From positions 320,001 to 384,000 of the forward strand of contig OZ244042.1 in the NCBI GenBank assembly GCA_965215015.1: 64,000 nt of DNA, written 5' to 3'. Positions within the stretch are counted from its first letter, which is position 1; each line of letters starts with the position of its first letter. Source of the stretch: Candidatus Poribacteria bacterium (GTDB lineage: Bacteria > Poribacteria > WGA-4E > PCPOR2b). Below the pieces are notes generated by a model. That model saw only the letters and a list, made by a program, of their open reading frames with translations. It made no database searches and had not been told where the DNA came from. Of the stretch, positions 48,352 through 57,645 are shown piece after piece. The translations under genes were made by a program, and so were the position numbers.

Positions 48352-49731
48352 TCATTCCGGACGCTTGATGTTAAATTTTTCTAGTTTTTTATAGAAATTG
48401 CTACGCTCGATTTTCAACTGCTCTGCGGTGCGCTTGATGTTCCAACTGTTCGCGTCAAGGGCATTACGGATGAAACCTGCTTCAGCGTCGTCAACCATTT
48501 CCAGCAGGGATTTGCCCGTTTGAAAACGATTTGCTTGGGGGACAGCGACAGTCTGGGAAACCGTCTTTGGAATCGGCAAAACGTTCTCTACATCAGCCGG
48601 TAGGATAACATCTTGATTGACCATGATGAGCAGGCGTTCAACAATATTTTTTAACTCTCGTATATTGCCGGGCCAATGATATAATTGCAAAAGTTGAATC
48701 GCCGATGGATCGATGACTTTGGGGGTACGCGCGCTATCCTTGTGGAAACGCTCGACGAAATGTTTCACTAATACCGGCAAATCTTCGGTGCGATCACGAA
48801 GAGGAGGAACAGCGATCGGAACCACACTCAGACGATAGTAAAGATCTTGCCGAAACCTCCCCGCTTCAATTTCCCGCTCAAGGTTCTTATTTGTTGCAGC
48901 GATAATCCGAACATCCACATGCAGCGTTTGTGTCCCGCCGAGGCGTTCCAGTTCACCATATTCCAGCACACGCAACACTTTCGCTTGTGCCTTCAAACTC
49001 ATATCGCCAATTTCATCGAGGAACAGCGCACTTCCGTTGGCAATCTCAAATTTTCCCTGCCGTCGTGCCGTTGCACCGGTGAAGGCACCACGTTCATGCC
49101 CAAATAGCTCACTTTCGATGAGTTCCTCCGGTAATGCCGCACAGTTGAGCCGGATAAGCGGCTTCCGACTGCGTTGACCCTGCTGATGAATCGCATTGGC
49201 GACCAGCTCTTTGCCGGTGCCGTTTTCGCCGGTAATCAGCACGCCCAAATCGCTTGACGCCACTTGACTAATCTGCGATCGGAGTTGCTGCATCACAACG
49301 CTCGCTCCAATCATTTCATCCTGAGCCCCTATCTGCTCCTTCAGTGCCTCATTTTCCTGCGCCAGGCGTGAAAGCTCCAAAAATGGCTCAATAGCGTACA
49401 CAATCTCATTGATGCTAGCCGGTTTCGTCAGGTAACGTCTCGCTCCCAGCTCCATCGTTTTGACCGCCGTTTCAATCTCTTTCTGCGCGGACATCATCAC
49501 AACATTCAACTGTGGTTTAATCTGTCGCAAGCGGGTCAGCGTTTCAACACCGTCTATACCGCCCGGCATCAGGATGTCCAGCAGCACCAAATCAACTGTC
49601 TTCGACGCGCACAGCTGCAGCGCGGTCTCGCCACTCGAAGCGGTTAGCGTATCGTAGCCTTCCAATTTTAACGCTTGCGCGAGCATCTTCAAAGCATTTT
49701 CTTCGTCATCAACAATGAGAATAGTAGCCAT
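48352..49731 (-). CDS. Sigma-54-dependent response regulator (NtrC/NtrX-like)
   Basis: REC domain (VDDE, LLDILMP), GENGTGKE, GAFTGA, RFRQDLYYRL, WPGNIREL, Fis-type HTH; no cognate kinase adjacent. Confidence 0.93.
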   Translation of the reverse strand: MATILIVDDEENALKMLAQALKLEGYDTLTASSGETALQLCASKTVDLVLLDILMPGGIDGVETLTRLRQIKPQLNVVMMSAQKEIETAVKTMELGARRYLTKPASINEIVYAIEPFLELSRLAQENEALKEQIGAQDEMIGASVVMQQLRSQISQVASSDLGVLITGENGTGKELVANAIHQQGQRSRKPLIRLNCAALPEELIESELFGHERGAFTGATARRQGKFEIANGSALFLDEIGDMSLKAQAKVLRVLEYGELERLGGTQTLHVDVRIIAATNKNLEREIEAGRFRQDLYYRLSVVPIAVPPLRDRTEDLPVLVKHFVERFHKDSARTPKVIDPSAIQLLQLYHWPGNIRELKNIVERLLIMVNQDVILPADVENVLPIPKTVSQTVAVPQANRFQTGKSLLEMVDDAEAGFIRNALDANSWNIKRTAEQLKIERSNFYKKLEKFNIKRPE

Positions 49732-49930
49732 AATTTTGTATTTCTGAAGTTGCATGCCCTGTTAGGGCTTTGGATTTTGCCTCGTCCCTGGGACGAGAGC
49801 ACCCTCAACACATCATGGGGTGTTTTTGAGAATTCAACCTTACCGTTGCGATATACACCTTCAATAGTTGTAAGGATGGGGATTGTCCTAATTTTTCGGT
49901 ATTGCTATAACCTGTTACTCCGATCGAGTG

Positions 49931-51052
49931 CTACGTCCGTTCTTCGATCGGCACAAACGACTTTGGCTCGGGGCCAATGTATGCCGCCCTTGGGCGAATC
50001 AACCGATTATCGCTGCGCTGCTCAATGACATGGGCGGCCCAGCCGGTGATTCGTGACATCACAAAGATGGGGGTGAACATCGGTGTCGGGATACCGCACA
50101 GATGATAAGCAGAGGCACTGTAGAAATCGAGGTTCGGGAATAGCTTCTTTTCCCGCCACATCACCTGATCAATCCGTTCAGAGACTTCGTAAAGTAACCT
50201 ATCTCTGCTTGACTCAGAGAGTTTCTGTGCCCAACCCTTAATGATATCCGAACGTGGGTCGGAGATTTTGTAGACGCGATGGCCAAAGCCCATGATTAGC
50301 TGCCTTTCTGCGAGCATCTTCAAAATGGCGGCTTCGGCTTCGTCCGGCGTCTGGAATTGTGCAATAAGTTCCATCGCTGCTTCGTTTGCACCGCCGTGCA
50401 AGGGACCGCGCAACGTTCCAATGGCTGCAACAACCGCGGAATAGACATCGGATAAAGTAGAGGTTGCGACTCGCGCTGCAAACGTTGATGCGTTAAACTC
50501 GTGCTCTGCATAAAGGATTAATGACACATCAACGGCCCTGCGTTGCAGTTCATCCGGTCGTTTCCCATGCAACAAGTGCAGAAAGTGTCCAGCGGTGGTT
50601 TCATCCTCCGTTTCAACGTCAATCTGTTTGCCGTTAGTGTGGAGATGATGCCAGTAGAGCAGCATTGAACCGAAACAGGCGGTCAGTCGATCCGCAATGT
50701 GAAGCGAATCACTTTTGTCGTTTTCAGCTTCCAGCGTTCCCAAAGCTGAACAACCGGTACGCAGGACATCCATTGGATGTGCATCCCCCGGCACTTGCTC
50801 AAGCACTATTTTGAGTCCATCCGGTAGACTACGCAGTTCCATCAGTTTTTTCGTGTAGTTATCAAGCTCGGTTTGCGTTGGTAGTTTGCCGTGAATCAGC
50901 AGGTAGGCCGTCTCTTCAAAGGTAGCATGTTCTGCTAAATCGTGAATGGAATACCCGCGATAGGTGAGTCCAACGCCCTCTTTTCCCACCGTAGCGATTG
51001 CGGTTTCGCCTGCGATAACGCCGGCTAACCCCCCGGTTTTTTCAGTCTGCAT
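49931..51052 (-). CDS. prpC: 2-methylcitrate synthase
   Basis: GLAGVIAG.TAI, LYAEHEFNASTF, GPLHGGANEAAM, GFGHRVY, LFPNLDFYSA; adjacent to prpB. Confidence 0.92.
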   Translation of the reverse strand: MQTEKTGGLAGVIAGETAIATVGKEGVGLTYRGYSIHDLAEHATFEETAYLLIHGKLPTQTELDNYTKKLMELRSLPDGLKIVLEQVPGDAHPMDVLRTGCSALGTLEAENDKSDSLHIADRLTACFGSMLLYWHHLHTNGKQIDVETEDETTAGHFLHLLHGKRPDELQRRAVDVSLILYAEHEFNASTFAARVATSTLSDVYSAVVAAIGTLRGPLHGGANEAAMELIAQFQTPDEAEAAILKMLAERQLIMGFGHRVYKISDPRSDIIKGWAQKLSESSRDRLLYEVSERIDQVMWREKKLFPNLDFYSASAYHLCGIPTPMFTPIFVMSRITGWAAHVIEQRSDNRLIRPRAAYIGPEPKSFVPIEERT

Positions 51053-51109
51053 TGGTCTTATCCTCCTCTGTCAATTTAGTGGGAACCGTTGGAAGGATTA
51101 ATCTTTTGC

Positions 51110-51203
51110 AATGAATAGATAGGGGCTTTTCTCTGAATTTAACGCAACGTCGCATCCCCTTACCCTCTGCGCCTCCCCCTGCTTGCGGGGGGACTGAGGG
51201 GGG
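51110..51203. repeat. Dispersed composite repeat (copy of 38639-38766 family) between prpB and prpC
   Basis: gcttttctctgaatttaacgcaacgtcgc...ccccctgcttgcggggggactgagggg. Confidence 0.75.
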
Positions 51204-51210
51204 TGCGTCC

Positions 51211-52104
51211 CTAATCTTGTTCCCGATCTGCGTTCAAAAGTCGATCGAGCTTACGTTCATATTCGTAATAGTCTAAGAACTCATACAGGTCCACCCGTGT
51301 CTGCATAGTATGGACCACAGCTTTTTGTGTTCCCTCACGGCGTAATGTCTGATACACATTGAGTGCAGCCGCACTCATTGCGCGGAATGCCGATAGCGGA
51401 TAAAGCACAAGACTGACCCCCGCATCCCTGAGTTCCTCTATCGTGTAAAGTGGTGTTTTGCCAAACTCGGTGATATTTGCCAAGATGGGAACGTCAACCG
51501 CAGCCGCAAACTTTTGGTACTGATCCAGCTCCGTCAAGGCTTCGGCAAAGATCATATCTGCGCCCGCCTCCGTATAACGGCACGCACGTTCAATAGCGGC
51601 ATCTATCCCCTCGACCGCAACAGCATCTGTCCGCGCCATCAGGATAAAGGCCGAATCGGTTTTGGCATCGGCGGCGGCTTTCATCCGATCGACCATCTCC
51701 GCTGCGCTCACAATCTCTTTGTTCGGACGGTGACCACAACGCTTCGCCTGTACCTGATCTTCGATATGTACGCCGGCGGCACCCGCCCGAATCATCTGGC
51801 GAATGGTTTTAGCAATCATAAACGCATTTCCCCAAGCGGTATCGGCATCAACCAGAAGCGGAAGTTCTGTTGTGCCGGTAATGCGGCGCACATCTTCCAG
51901 AACATCGTTTAACGTAGTTATTCCTATATCTGGAAGACCGTAAGAAGCATTTGCCACACCCCCGCCCGAAAGATAGATTGATCGGAACCCAACACGCTCT
52001 GCCATCAACGCTGAGTAGGCGTTAATTGTGCCGACAACTTGCAAGGGCGTTTCTATCGCCAGGGCATCACGGAAACGACGCCCGGCAGAGGATGTATGAC
52101 TCAT
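51211..52104 (-). CDS. prpB: Methylisocitrate lyase
   Basis: [45 protein letters not shown]. Confidence 0.95.
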   Translation of the reverse strand: MSHTSSAGRRFRDALAIETPLQVVGTINAYSALMAERVGFRSIYLSGGGVANASYGLPDIGITTLNDVLEDVRRITGTTELPLLVDADTAWGNAFMIAKTIRQMIRAGAAGVHIEDQVQAKRCGHRPNKEIVSAAEMVDRMKAAADAKTDSAFILMARTDAVAVEGIDAAIERACRYTEAGADMIFAEALTELDQYQKFAAAVDVPILANITEFGKTPLYTIEELRDAGVSLVLYPLSAFRAMSAAALNVYQTLRREGTQKAVVHTMQTRVDLYEFLDYYEYERKLDRLLNADREQD

Positions 52105-52214
52105 ATCTGACCTCTTTGATTCATTTCAAAAGAAGGTACAAAATGCTAAGGACGTGAAACCTGAAAACCATCTGTTTATTAGGTCATTGGGACCGACTTA
52201 ACGTAACTGATATA

Positions 52215-52278
52215 AAAAGGGAGTGCAAAACGCTAGGAGAAACTGAGTGTTTGTCAAAAACTCGGTTTCTGTTGCACA
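52215..52278. repeat. Short palindromic element (same family as 1490-1553)
   Basis: gtgcaaaacgc..agaaactgagtgtttgtcaaaaactcggtttctgttg. Confidence 0.55.
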
Positions 52279-52290
52279 ATCTCACCTCTT

Positions 52291-53736
52291 CTACTCGATC
52301 CAGAATGAGAAGAGACGCGCTTGACGCAGATAGAACTTCAGGCGCACCGGCTTCTCGAATACCAAGTTATGTGGGTATTTCCACTGAATCTTCGCTTGGG
52401 TGCTGTCACCGGTAAACGGCGGCGGTTCCTCTCCCGGCACCCAGAATCCCTCATGAGGGCGCTGCGTCTCTGCATCGACAATCTCGCTATAAATCTCGCC
52501 CCAAGTCGCGTCCGCATTGATGTAAACATCTTCGCCCTTCAGTTCAAACGGCTTTGTTACAATTGTGCCACATTCACCACCATCGATCGACACGAAGCCA
52601 TCGGGACGTAGCTTAGCGAGGGTCAACGCACCCGTATCTTCAAAGTGTTCGGGCCTGACATTCAATCGGAACAACTCCTTGGCACGGTTGAATTCTTTAT
52701 ACCGCTCAATGCTTGAAGGCATACGCAGGGCGTTGTAGTAGCACCAGATCTCACCGTCCTCGCGCACGATGGGGTGACCCGCCATCAGGAGTTGGCTGCA
52801 GCCGTAATTCTCCCCATTGAATGGTTCAAGTTCGATGAACAATGCGCGATCCGCGACGCGTTCCCAGTGATGGAGATCGCGTGAGACTGTCAGCTCAATC
52901 TGGTTGATACGAGTGTAGTTTGTCGCAGGCGGCGGAACAGCACCAAAAGGATTGAATATGGTCGGGAAACCAATATAAAACCCTTGGTACGGCAGCACTG
53001 CCATGTTGTAACACTCGGCGATATAGTCCTCGTCGTCAATGATGGGCGGGGTGATATACGCTGGGTCTTCAATGATTTTTCGGACACGGCGACGACGATT
53101 CTCCCGGTCGGCCTCATCCGTGTGGAAAATTAGCCTCGGTTCGGAGAATGTCTTGAAATCGGAACTGGTAGAAAGCCACACGGAACGCCCCCACTCCGTA
53201 CCCAGCTTAACCATAGCGAGAAACTGGTTCGATTGGTGATCATGTGTAAACTGGGACTCGTCTTGGCTGGGGATGGGAGGCATATCAACGAAGGTCCAGT
53301 TAAAGCCGTCCGGCGACACTGCCGGATGGCGGTTGTGGGCACTGAACAAGCCTTTATAACGGCGTCCGGGATCTGGATCTGTTTCATCGCGCACAACGTG
53401 ATACGGACGCCCCGGGGCCTTGTCATCCGGGGCGAAGGAGATGTTGTTGTCCTTAGAACCGTTCGATTCGTATAGCCCGAGGGAAGGTTTTTCCCAATGC
53501 TCGCCATCTTCAGAGACCGTATAATACGAATGTTCACCGAAGTACCACCATTCCCACAGTTTCTTCTCCGAATTCCATTGCGGACAGGAGCGGCTTTGAA
53601 CCCCCTTGCCGTTGATAACGGGCCCCCATTTCTTTGGAGAGTGTAGAGTACGCGTGGTGCTTTTCATGCTTTCTACCGCGAAGTCATCTAGGAAAAGCTG
53701 GCGGTATTTCTTGGGATTAATCATATCGAGGGGCAC
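52291..53736 (-). CDS. Hypothetical beta-propeller glycoside-hydrolase-like protein
   Basis: RQLFLDD, SxDGxxW Asp-boxes (SEDGEHW, SPDGFNW, SRDLHHW), LRPDGFVS; GTG 53736 with RBS aaggag. Confidence 0.7.
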   Translation of the reverse strand: MPLDMINPKKYRQLFLDDFAVESMKSTTRTLHSPKKWGPVINGKGVQSRSCPQWNSEKKLWEWWYFGEHSYYTVSEDGEHWEKPSLGLYESNGSKDNNISFAPDDKAPGRPYHVVRDETDPDPGRRYKGLFSAHNRHPAVSPDGFNWTFVDMPPIPSQDESQFTHDHQSNQFLAMVKLGTEWGRSVWLSTSSDFKTFSEPRLIFHTDEADRENRRRRVRKIIEDPAYITPPIIDDEDYIAECYNMAVLPYQGFYIGFPTIFNPFGAVPPPATNYTRINQIELTVSRDLHHWERVADRALFIELEPFNGENYGCSQLLMAGHPIVREDGEIWCYYNALRMPSSIERYKEFNRAKELFRLNVRPEHFEDTGALTLAKLRPDGFVSIDGGECGTIVTKPFELKGEDVYINADATWGEIYSEIVDAETQRPHEGFWVPGEEPPPFTGDSTQAKIQWKYPHNLVFEKPVRLKFYLRQARLFSFWIE

Positions 53737-53755
53737 TGGCGTTTCTCCTTTGTTT

Positions 53756-54628
53756 TTATACAGTTCTATTGTCCAGCGAATACTCACGGTTGCCCTCAGG
53801 ACCCCCACCAATTGCCCAAGTCCCGCGGAAAAGAGATTGTCGTTTCGACGGCATCGCTGCGATCACTTCGTGGCTAAGGTTGAGGCGATGCCACTGTGCC
53901 CATATTGAGTTGTAACAATTAAAGACAGCACAGCGTGGATTGTCCGGATTGGTCCAATCGTTCGCCGCGTGAACGAGACTTTCCGTGAAGATGACCACCG
54001 AACCCGGTGGGCAACTGTAGTCATCCATTACCGCTCGCATGTTCGCTTCCCATGGAGAATCACTGATGTTTGGCCGGTATGGGTCCGGACCCCCGTAGTT
54101 GAAATGTGCTTTGTGCGACCCACTAAGGAAGGAGGTGCCGCCACTCCCTGCCTTTACCTCCTCAAGTTCCCACACCACCCGTGTAAGCCCGGAGAATATC
54201 TTACCCCCTGCGACCTGATACCGCATGGCATTGGCTTGCTGCGGTGGGCGCACGACGTGGGGCAACCCACCGTCTCCTCGCTCTGACTTGCTCCACCCGG
54301 GCGGTCGAACCGTGGTGAAAGAACCCTCACATCGGAAACTATAACAATCACCTTTCACAAAAGGATCTTCAGACAAAATTTCGGTCAAAATCCCTACGAT
54401 TCCCGGATGGTCGAGTAGTTTCTGAAGTGTGCCCGCATAGCTCTGTCTGGCACCGGCATACACCTCTGCCTTCGTCTCCTCAATCTCGGCCTCCGACAAC
54501 ACGGAGGGCAGGAGAACCCAGCCGCGGAGATCGAAGAAAAACTTCTGCTCCGGAGTCATAGGCACCGGTGCATTAGGGGCAATGCCATGGGCTGCCTCTG
54601 GCCCTGTGGTCTGCGTTGATGTCATCAT
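53756..54628 (-). CDS. PhyH-family dioxygenase
   Basis: QKFFFDLRGW, GGTSFLSGSHKA, PGSVVIFTESLVH. Confidence 0.82.
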   Translation of the reverse strand: MMTSTQTTGPEAAHGIAPNAPVPMTPEQKFFFDLRGWVLLPSVLSEAEIEETKAEVYAGARQSYAGTLQKLLDHPGIVGILTEILSEDPFVKGDCYSFRCEGSFTTVRPPGWSKSERGDGGLPHVVRPPQQANAMRYQVAGGKIFSGLTRVVWELEEVKAGSGGTSFLSGSHKAHFNYGGPDPYRPNISDSPWEANMRAVMDDYSCPPGSVVIFTESLVHAANDWTNPDNPRCAVFNCYNSIWAQWHRLNLSHEVIAAMPSKRQSLFRGTWAIGGGPEGNREYSLDNRTV

Positions 54629-54962
54629 TTTACCTCAGTCCTCTACATAATTTCTTGTGGAGTGCGTAGTACCTGTAATAAAAGTAGATCGGGTTGACGC
54701 CAGTGAAATCTAACACTGAAAACATAAAGCGTGAGCAAAAAATGGGAGGCGGCATCCGCCCGTTTCCCGGTCTTCTGAAGTCTATCACCTCAAAAAAGTG
54801 AAGTCAAGCCCAAAATAGATGGACAAAGTTGCACGCGGATGGCAAAATATGAACGCCGTGAGGCGAGATCTCGTGCAGCGATGAAACGGCGGTGCGGCTA
54901 GGACTGAATGCGTTTTAACCGATGGATTCGCCGCTAATGTTCAGGACAAGGAGGGGTAACCG

Positions 54963-55496
54963 ATGTTTTATCGACGAAATCACAGAGCTTTCTGGTTAGG
55001 TGGATTGGTATTTGCCCTTGTCGCGATTGCAGCAGCCAATATGGCGGACCAAAATACCAAAACAGCCAAATCGCAAAACGCGTATGGTGTCGAGGGAGCG
55101 AAGGAGATTCGGATCCGTGGGCATCTGGTGTGTCTCGCGGAGGCGATGCACGATTTGTATCGTGCCGATCTCCCCCCCAATCACGAATACTTATACGGCT
55201 TTAAGACGATAGACGGTGTCTTTTACACACTGCTTCGCACAAATCTATCCGAAGCGTTGTTTGTCGATAAACGCTTGCACCAAAAGACGCTCATCATCAC
55301 AGGGAGAACCTTTCCAAAAACGCACCTACTGGAAGCGATTCGACTTCAATCCCTCCATGATGAGGTTGTCCATGACCTCTATTACTACTGCGACACTTGT
55401 GCAATACCTGCTGCCGCGCCGGGGGACTGTGTATGCTGTCAAGTGCCCGTTGAACTGGTTGAAAAGCCGGTCAAACTTGCCCCGCTACCGGATTAG
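54963..55496 (+). CDS. Exported hypothetical protein with C-terminal Cys cluster (putative metal binding)
   Basis: Signal/TM segment; YYCDTC...PGDCVCC..P.EL; RBS aggagg. Confidence 0.75.
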   Translation: MFYRRNHRAFWLGGLVFALVAIAAANMADQNTKTAKSQNAYGVEGAKEIRIRGHLVCLAEAMHDLYRADLPPNHEYLYGFKTIDGVFYTLLRTNLSEALFVDKRLHQKTLIITGRTFPKTHLLEAIRLQSLHDEVVHDLYYYCDTCAIPAAAPGDCVCCQVPVELVEKPVKLAPLPD

Positions 55497-56461
55497 CTTG
55501 GGGTATCCTGTCTGAAAAACGCATCCACCTGTGACTCCTGCTGCTCAAGCTCGGCGAGCCGACGGCGGCTGCGCTGTCGGCATCGGAGATACACTATAAT
55601 AAATACCAACCCAAGGCTGCCCCAAAAGAGATACGAATTTGAGAATATCGCTGCCCAATAGTAACGTTGGGAGAGCGAGGCTTGCCATTCTGCGTCGAAT
55701 CTGGCGAGATCCCAGCCGATGGCCTGTTCATACGCGGTATTCAGATCGTTCCCCGCGCCAAGTAGGTCGATAACCTCCCACAGCTTTTCGACCCCTGCAA
55801 TTTTTGTCAACCACACAACCGCATTCAAGCTCTCTGCGTAAGCCAACTGCGCCCCTCTTTCAGCACTTGGAAACCGCTCCGCTAGCTCCGCGAGCGGAAT
55901 AATCGATCTCGACAGGATATGTTCAAACATAACCTCCTGGCGGTGTGGCGTCCACTCTCCGGAAAGGTAAATCGCAATCCCTTCAATAAACCACAAGGGG
56001 ATGTCTCCAATCGTAGATTTCGTGCGCTGTCCAAAGGCGATGTGCACAATTTCGTGGCGGAGGACTTGGGAGAGTTGAAACTTTCGATCAATGATAACAC
56101 GTGGGTTCTGAATCACAATGCGGCGACTGAGTGGGAACGCACAACCGACCGCCCAATCTTGGATGGGAGCATGGGCGGCGGCTTTGAATTGCTGCTGTGT
56201 CTTGCATATCCAAATCTCAATCTTGTCCATCTCTATCCCATCAATCAGACGGTTGATGTGGGGATAGAAGTCCTCGGCAATATCGGCAATATCTTGGGGG
56301 TGGGTTTCGTCGGATTGGTAATAGATCTGGAAGTGCTCGCTGTCAAGCCTTTCCCAGGCAGCCTCAGCTGCGCTATGTAGTGTAACTGCGCTGAGGATCA
56401 GAAGAGTTAGCAAACAGAACCGGGAAAGAGGGCGTAATGCTTTCCAACCGATAACGTCCAT
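55493..56461 (-). CDS. Peptidase MA-like (gluzincin) membrane-anchored metallopeptidase
   Basis: HEIVH (HExxH), PLWFIEGIA, AYAES; signal peptide and C-terminal TM. Confidence 0.85.
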   Translation of the reverse strand: MDVIGWKALRPLSRFCLLTLLILSAVTLHSAAEAAWERLDSEHFQIYYQSDETHPQDIADIAEDFYPHINRLIDGIEMDKIEIWICKTQQQFKAAAHAPIQDWAVGCAFPLSRRIVIQNPRVIIDRKFQLSQVLRHEIVHIAFGQRTKSTIGDIPLWFIEGIAIYLSGEWTPHRQEVMFEHILSRSIIPLAELAERFPSAERGAQLAYAESLNAVVWLTKIAGVEKLWEVIDLLGAGNDLNTAYEQAIGWDLARFDAEWQASLSQRYYWAAIFSNSYLFWGSLGLVFIIVYLRCRQRSRRRLAELEQQESQVDAFFRQDTPS

Positions 56462-56550
56462 GCTCTTGCCCGTCCTTTTGTAGTGGATGCCAAAAAAGTT
56501 ACGCCATTAAAGCATGATGCCCCTCTAAGGATTTGGCAACCTTAGAAAGT

Positions 56551-56826
56551 TAGAAGTTACGCACCTGAGTTTGTAGTCGCGCAATTCAACCCGCGTCTTT
56601 AAGGGAGTAGGCATACCCCGTATGCCGTCCCCCCTTCCCCGCTAAATACCGGGTGGAGTGTCCATCAATTCCTGGCTCATTGGACCTGTTTCCCCCTCGC
56701 TTGCGTTCTTGGGGGACTAAGGGGAGTAATCCCGAATACCCACACGGTTTTTTCCCCTCCCCCTGCTTGCGGGGGGACTGAGGGGGGTAATCCCGAATAC
56801 CCACACGGTTCTTTTCCCCTCCCCCT
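56551..56826. mobile_element. Composite MITE/REP cluster
   Basis: Left TIR TAGAAGTTACGCA; segment similar to ~22131-22265; tandem cccgaatacccacacggtt...ccccctgcttgcgggggg units. Confidence 0.6.
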
Positions 56827-56865
56827 TTGTTACCGATGCAAAAAGATTTGTCGATGGTGATACCT

Positions 56866-57645
56866 ATCCTGTTTATCCTTCCATCCTGAAAATCATGATT
56901 CAGCACACGGATTCAAATAGCCACCTTATCTGATTCAGACATTTTCCGCCGCTGTCAGAATCTGGATTTACCGGATTCTATGATTCTCAGGATTCTTAGA
57001 TGATGGCGTTTCTATCCTGTTTATCCTTCCATCCTGGAAACCCTGATTCAGCACACGGATTCAAAGACTGTCAGAATCTGGATTTACCGGATTCTATGAT
57101 TCTCAGGATTCTTAGATGCTAGCGTTTCTATCCTGTTTATCTCTCCAGCCTGGAAACCCTGATTCAGACATTTTCCGCACAATCCACAATAGCCATTTCT
57201 TCACGAGTCAGAACGTATTAAACGTATTAATTGTCAGAATCTGGATTCACCAGATTGTGTGATTCTCAGGATTCTTAGATGATGGCGTTTCTATCCTGTT
57301 TATCCTTCCATCCTGAAAATCTTGATTCAGACATTTTCCGCACAATCCACAATAGCCATTTCTTCACGAGTCAGAACGTATTAAACGTATTAATTGTCAG
57401 AATCTGGATTCACCAGATTCTATGATTCGCAGGATTCTTAGATGCTGCCGTTTCTATCCTGTTTATCCTTCCATCCTGAAAATCATGATTCAGACATTTT
57501 CCGCACAATCCACAATAGCCATTTCTTCATCGGATACCTCGGCTGTCAGAATCTGGATTTACCGGATTGTATGATTCTCAGGATGTTTAGATGCTGCCGT
57601 TTCTATCCTGTTTATCCTTCCATCCTGAAAATCATGATTCAGACA
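56866..57645. repeat. Array of five ~102-bp palindromic elements (TGTCAGAATC...GATTCAGACA) plus one half element
   Basis: Elements at 56953-57053, 57069-57170, 57232-57333, 57395-57496 and 57544-57645; right-arm half at 56866-56903; spacers of 15, 61, 61 and 47 bp. Confidence 0.93.

Noticed and set aside
56866-57645. CRISPR array
   Set aside because: Repeats are ~102 bp and imperfect, two spacers are identical and derive from the neighbouring gene, and there are no cas genes.
56953-57645. Canonical integron attC array
   Set aside because: No RYYYAAC/GTTRRRY core sites at the element ends and no IntI-like tyrosine recombinase in the window; only the layout is analogous.
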